Shown here: piece after piece, positions 31,397 through 32,000 of the stretch
Numbering within the stretch: the first letter of the stretch is position 1
Layout of the letters: every line of letters begins with the position of its first letter
Source: Anaerobacillus isosaccharinicus
GTDB taxonomy: Bacteria; Bacillota; Bacilli; Bacillales; Anaerobacillaceae
Direction: 5' to 3'
Assembly: GCF_001866075.4 (NCBI RefSeq)
Contig: NZ_CP063356.2
Coordinates: 5,192,926-5,224,925 of the forward strand
DNA length: 32,000 nucleotides
Translations under genes and position numbers: made by a program
Notes under the pieces: model-generated
What the model was told of the DNA's origin: nothing
What the model saw: only the letters and a program-made list of their open reading frames with translations
Database searches by the model: none

Positions 31397-32000
31397 TTTT
31401 TTGCTCCCCCTGGTTTAGCATCGCCATTCGCTTTGCCTACATTTGGTCCAGTAATAAAGTAAGTTTGTACAATCATGAAAATGTTACCTACTACCCAATA
31501 CAACGCAAGCGCTGATGGGAAAAAGGCAGCAAACGCAATAATCATTACCGGCATAATATAAAGTAATGCTTTCATTTGCGGATTATCAGTAATCATCATC
31601 ATCTTCTGTTGAATATATGTTGTAGCCCCTGCTACAAGCGGTAAAATATAAAATGGATCTGGTAACCCTAAATCAAACCATAAAAATGTATGTGTTTTAA
31701 TTTCACCTGTTCGAATAATCGCATGATAAAATGCAAACAAAATTGGCATTTGAACAAAGATTGGTAAACACCCTGCTAGTGGATTAACTTGATGCTCTTG
31801 AAATAACTTCATTGTTTCTTGTTGCAGCTTTTGTTGTGTTTTTTGATCTTTCGCACTATATTTCTCTTTTAATTTCGCCATTTCAGGTTGTAATGCCTGC
31901 ATCGCTTTTGAACTTTTCGTTTGTTTAATCATTAACGGTAATAGAACAATACGGATAATAATTGTAACAAAAATAATCGATAATCCATAACTTTCATTAA
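31393..32000 (-). CDS. yidC: Membrane protein insertase YidC/SpoIIIJ, truncated by window edge
   Basis: ORF 31393..31932 continues in frame to the edge as [30 protein letters not shown]...; [19 protein letters not shown]; overlaps jag start. Confidence 0.94.
   Translation of the reverse strand, partial: NESYGLSIIFVTIIIRIVLLPLMIKQTKSSKAMQALQPEMAKLKEKYSAKDQKTQQKLQQETMKLFQEHQVNPLAGCLPIFVQMPILFAFYHAIIRTGEIKTHTFLWFDLGLPDPFYILPLVAGATTYIQQKMMMITDNPQMKALLYIMPVMIIAFAAFFPSALALYWVVGNIFMIVQTYFITGPNVGKANGDAKPGGAKK

Overview
This window looks like an oriC-proximal chromosomal segment of a low-GC, spore-forming Bacillaceae-like bacterium. Nearly all genes are on the minus strand. From low to high coordinate: walK (5' part), walR, an M23/LysM/G5 endopeptidase, a six-gene tRNA cluster, purA, queF-queE-queD-queC, dnaB(dnaC), rplI, gdpP, yybS-like, a Ktr/TrkA regulatory subunit, rpsR-ssb-rpsF, ychF, a yyaE-like molybdopterin oxidoreductase, a DUF951 protein, a YkvI-like membrane protein, yyaC (the only convincing plus-strand gene), DUF554, a cysteine-desulfurase-like enzyme, spo0J(parB)-soj(parA), noc, rsmG, mnmG, mnmE, jag and spoIIIJ/yidC (cut by the window edge). 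The most unusual signal is a family of five ~91-100 bp intergenic imperfect palindromes. Their arms are runs of a degenerate heptamer (AATGTAR)n, inverted around a GCTTCGAAG-like core. Three of the five start exactly on the TAA stop codon of the upstream gene and a fourth abuts a terminator U-tract. Other notable items: a truncated 5' duplicate of the initiator tRNA gene, a preQ1-I-like leader upstream of queC, a PurBox pair and promoter at purA, two perfect parS sites, three genes whose last codons build the terminator stem with the stop codon in the loop, and a putative S6:S18 leader before rpsF. No CRISPR array, prophage, transposase or obvious defence island was seen. Everything here is from reading the sequence by eye; no searches or folding were run.
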